Source: Glaucostegus cemiculus (lineage: Eukaryota). From it: 64,000 nt of DNA. The stretch spans positions 3,410,001 to 3,474,000 of the forward strand of contig CDPCPM010000233.1 of the NCBI GenBank assembly GCA_976551045.1. Direction: 5' to 3'. A model generated the notes under the pieces. That model saw only the letters and a list, made by a program, of their open reading frames with translations, did not search any database and was not told where the DNA came from. Below, in pieces: positions 62,602 to 64,000 of this stretch; position 1 is the stretch's first letter, and the number at the start of each line of letters is the position of its first letter. The translations under genes and the position numbers were made by a program.

Positions 62602-63110
62602 ATTGGTAAATTGGTTTATTATTGTCACATGTACTAAGGCACAATGAAAAGCTTTGTTTTGCATGTCATCCATACAGATTATTTCACAACATCAGTGCAT
62701 TGAAGTAGTACAAGGGAAAAGCAATAACAGAATACAGAATAAAGTGTTACAATTACAGAGGAAATGCAGTGCAGGCAGACAATAAGGTGCAAAGCCATGA
62801 TAAGGTAGACTGTGAAGACAAGAGTCCATCTTATCATTCAGTAGTCTTATAACAGTGGGATAGGAGCTGTCCTTGAGACTGGCTATTGTACCTTCTGCCC
62901 AGTGGAAGGTGGGAGAAGAGAGAATGTTTGGGGTGGATGGGGTCTTTGGTTATGTTGGCTGCTTATGTGAGGCACTCAGAAGTATAGACAGATTCCATGG
63001 AGGAGAAGCTGGTTTTCGTAATGTGCTGAGCTGTGTCCACAACTCTCTGCAGTTCCTTGCGGTCTCAGACAGAGCAGTTGCAATGCCAAGCCGTGATGCA
63101 TCCAGATAGA
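62602..63110 (-). mobile_element. Rex1/Babar 3' fragment
   Basis: aattggtttattattgtcacatgtac tail and UTR matching the 13160-13398 family. Confidence 0.88.
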
Positions 63111-64000
63111 ATGCAAAGATTAAAAGGATCAAATATACAAGAAAAATAATTTCTCCTGCAAGGAAATGTAATTCACAGTGGTGTTAGCATCAAGTGAAGG
63201 TAAGTAGGCATGCAGTCAGGAGTAGTTGGAAAAACATGTTTTGTTTTGGTAAGGATTTGTAATACTTAGATTCTTAGTCTCTAAATTGCAGCCTTACATT
63301 CAGTTCAAAATGATTATTGCTCCTCAACAATATATCACATGCATGTGAGATATCTAGAAATTACTCATATTGCATGTCAAAATTACAATGAAATGATTCA
63401 CCTGATGCAGTCTCATTGTGCGCGTCACTTCCACAGAACATGCTTACATAGGTCATTTAGATTTTCAGTGCAGTTTTGAAATAAACTTGGTCTGGTAGAA
63501 GTTATATCTTGTCTACCTGGTTTAAAGATGCAAAGAACATCAGTTTGAATGGCCTTCAGAAGTACTGAACAGTTGAAATTATTCGTTGGCGTGTATATCT
63601 GATCCTTTTTGTTTAGTATTGATTTGTTTTAAATTATGAAGTGTTATCTTTCTCTTTGTTGTGTTCACAAGGAAACTTGATTAGAAAAGTACAAAAGAAG
63701 CTCTGAGGTGGGATTTTCTGAAAAAGAAACAAATAATATCTTAGAGTGGGATGCACAAGGCAGATACATCTTCCCTAACGGAATTACTTTTCCAGGCAGT
63801 TTTAGCTTCAAAGCATTAAAGATTTATTGAAGAGTTGTTTCTCCTTTTTGTTGAAACTGATGCTACAATGCAGGGGAATCGACTGGTTGAAAAAAATTCA
63901 CAACTGTTGCATGACGAGTGGGTCAAAACATTCACCACTTCATATTTACTTATGTTCTTCCCTTTATTCTCTATTTAATCTTTTTCTCACTTCCTATAGT

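Overview
Vertebrate genomic DNA, most likely from a cartilaginous fish (probably a batoid). This is inferred only from the repeat complement; no database search was possible. The window looks intronic or intergenic, has three N gaps, and contains no host gene I can recognise, only a few weak candidate exons. It is dominated by retroelements: about a dozen CR1 (HER1-like) LINE fragments, about ten Rex1/Babar fragments including one nearly intact RT ORF (46534-47586), three RTE fragments, two Penelope-like elements with more than ten short pLTR-derived pieces, and several tRNA-derived SINE families. The most noteworthy observations are: (1) a minimal hammerhead ribozyme with an intact core in a Penelope pLTR, plus short palindromic derivatives of that pLTR; (2) four independent fold-back inversions inside CR1 copies; (3) V-type SINEs with a shared head and core but either a CR1-type or a Rex1-type tail; (4) non-autonomous bipartite Rex1 derivatives, one carrying a GC-rich minisatellite. 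Repeat boundaries were read by eye and are approximate unless stated otherwise.
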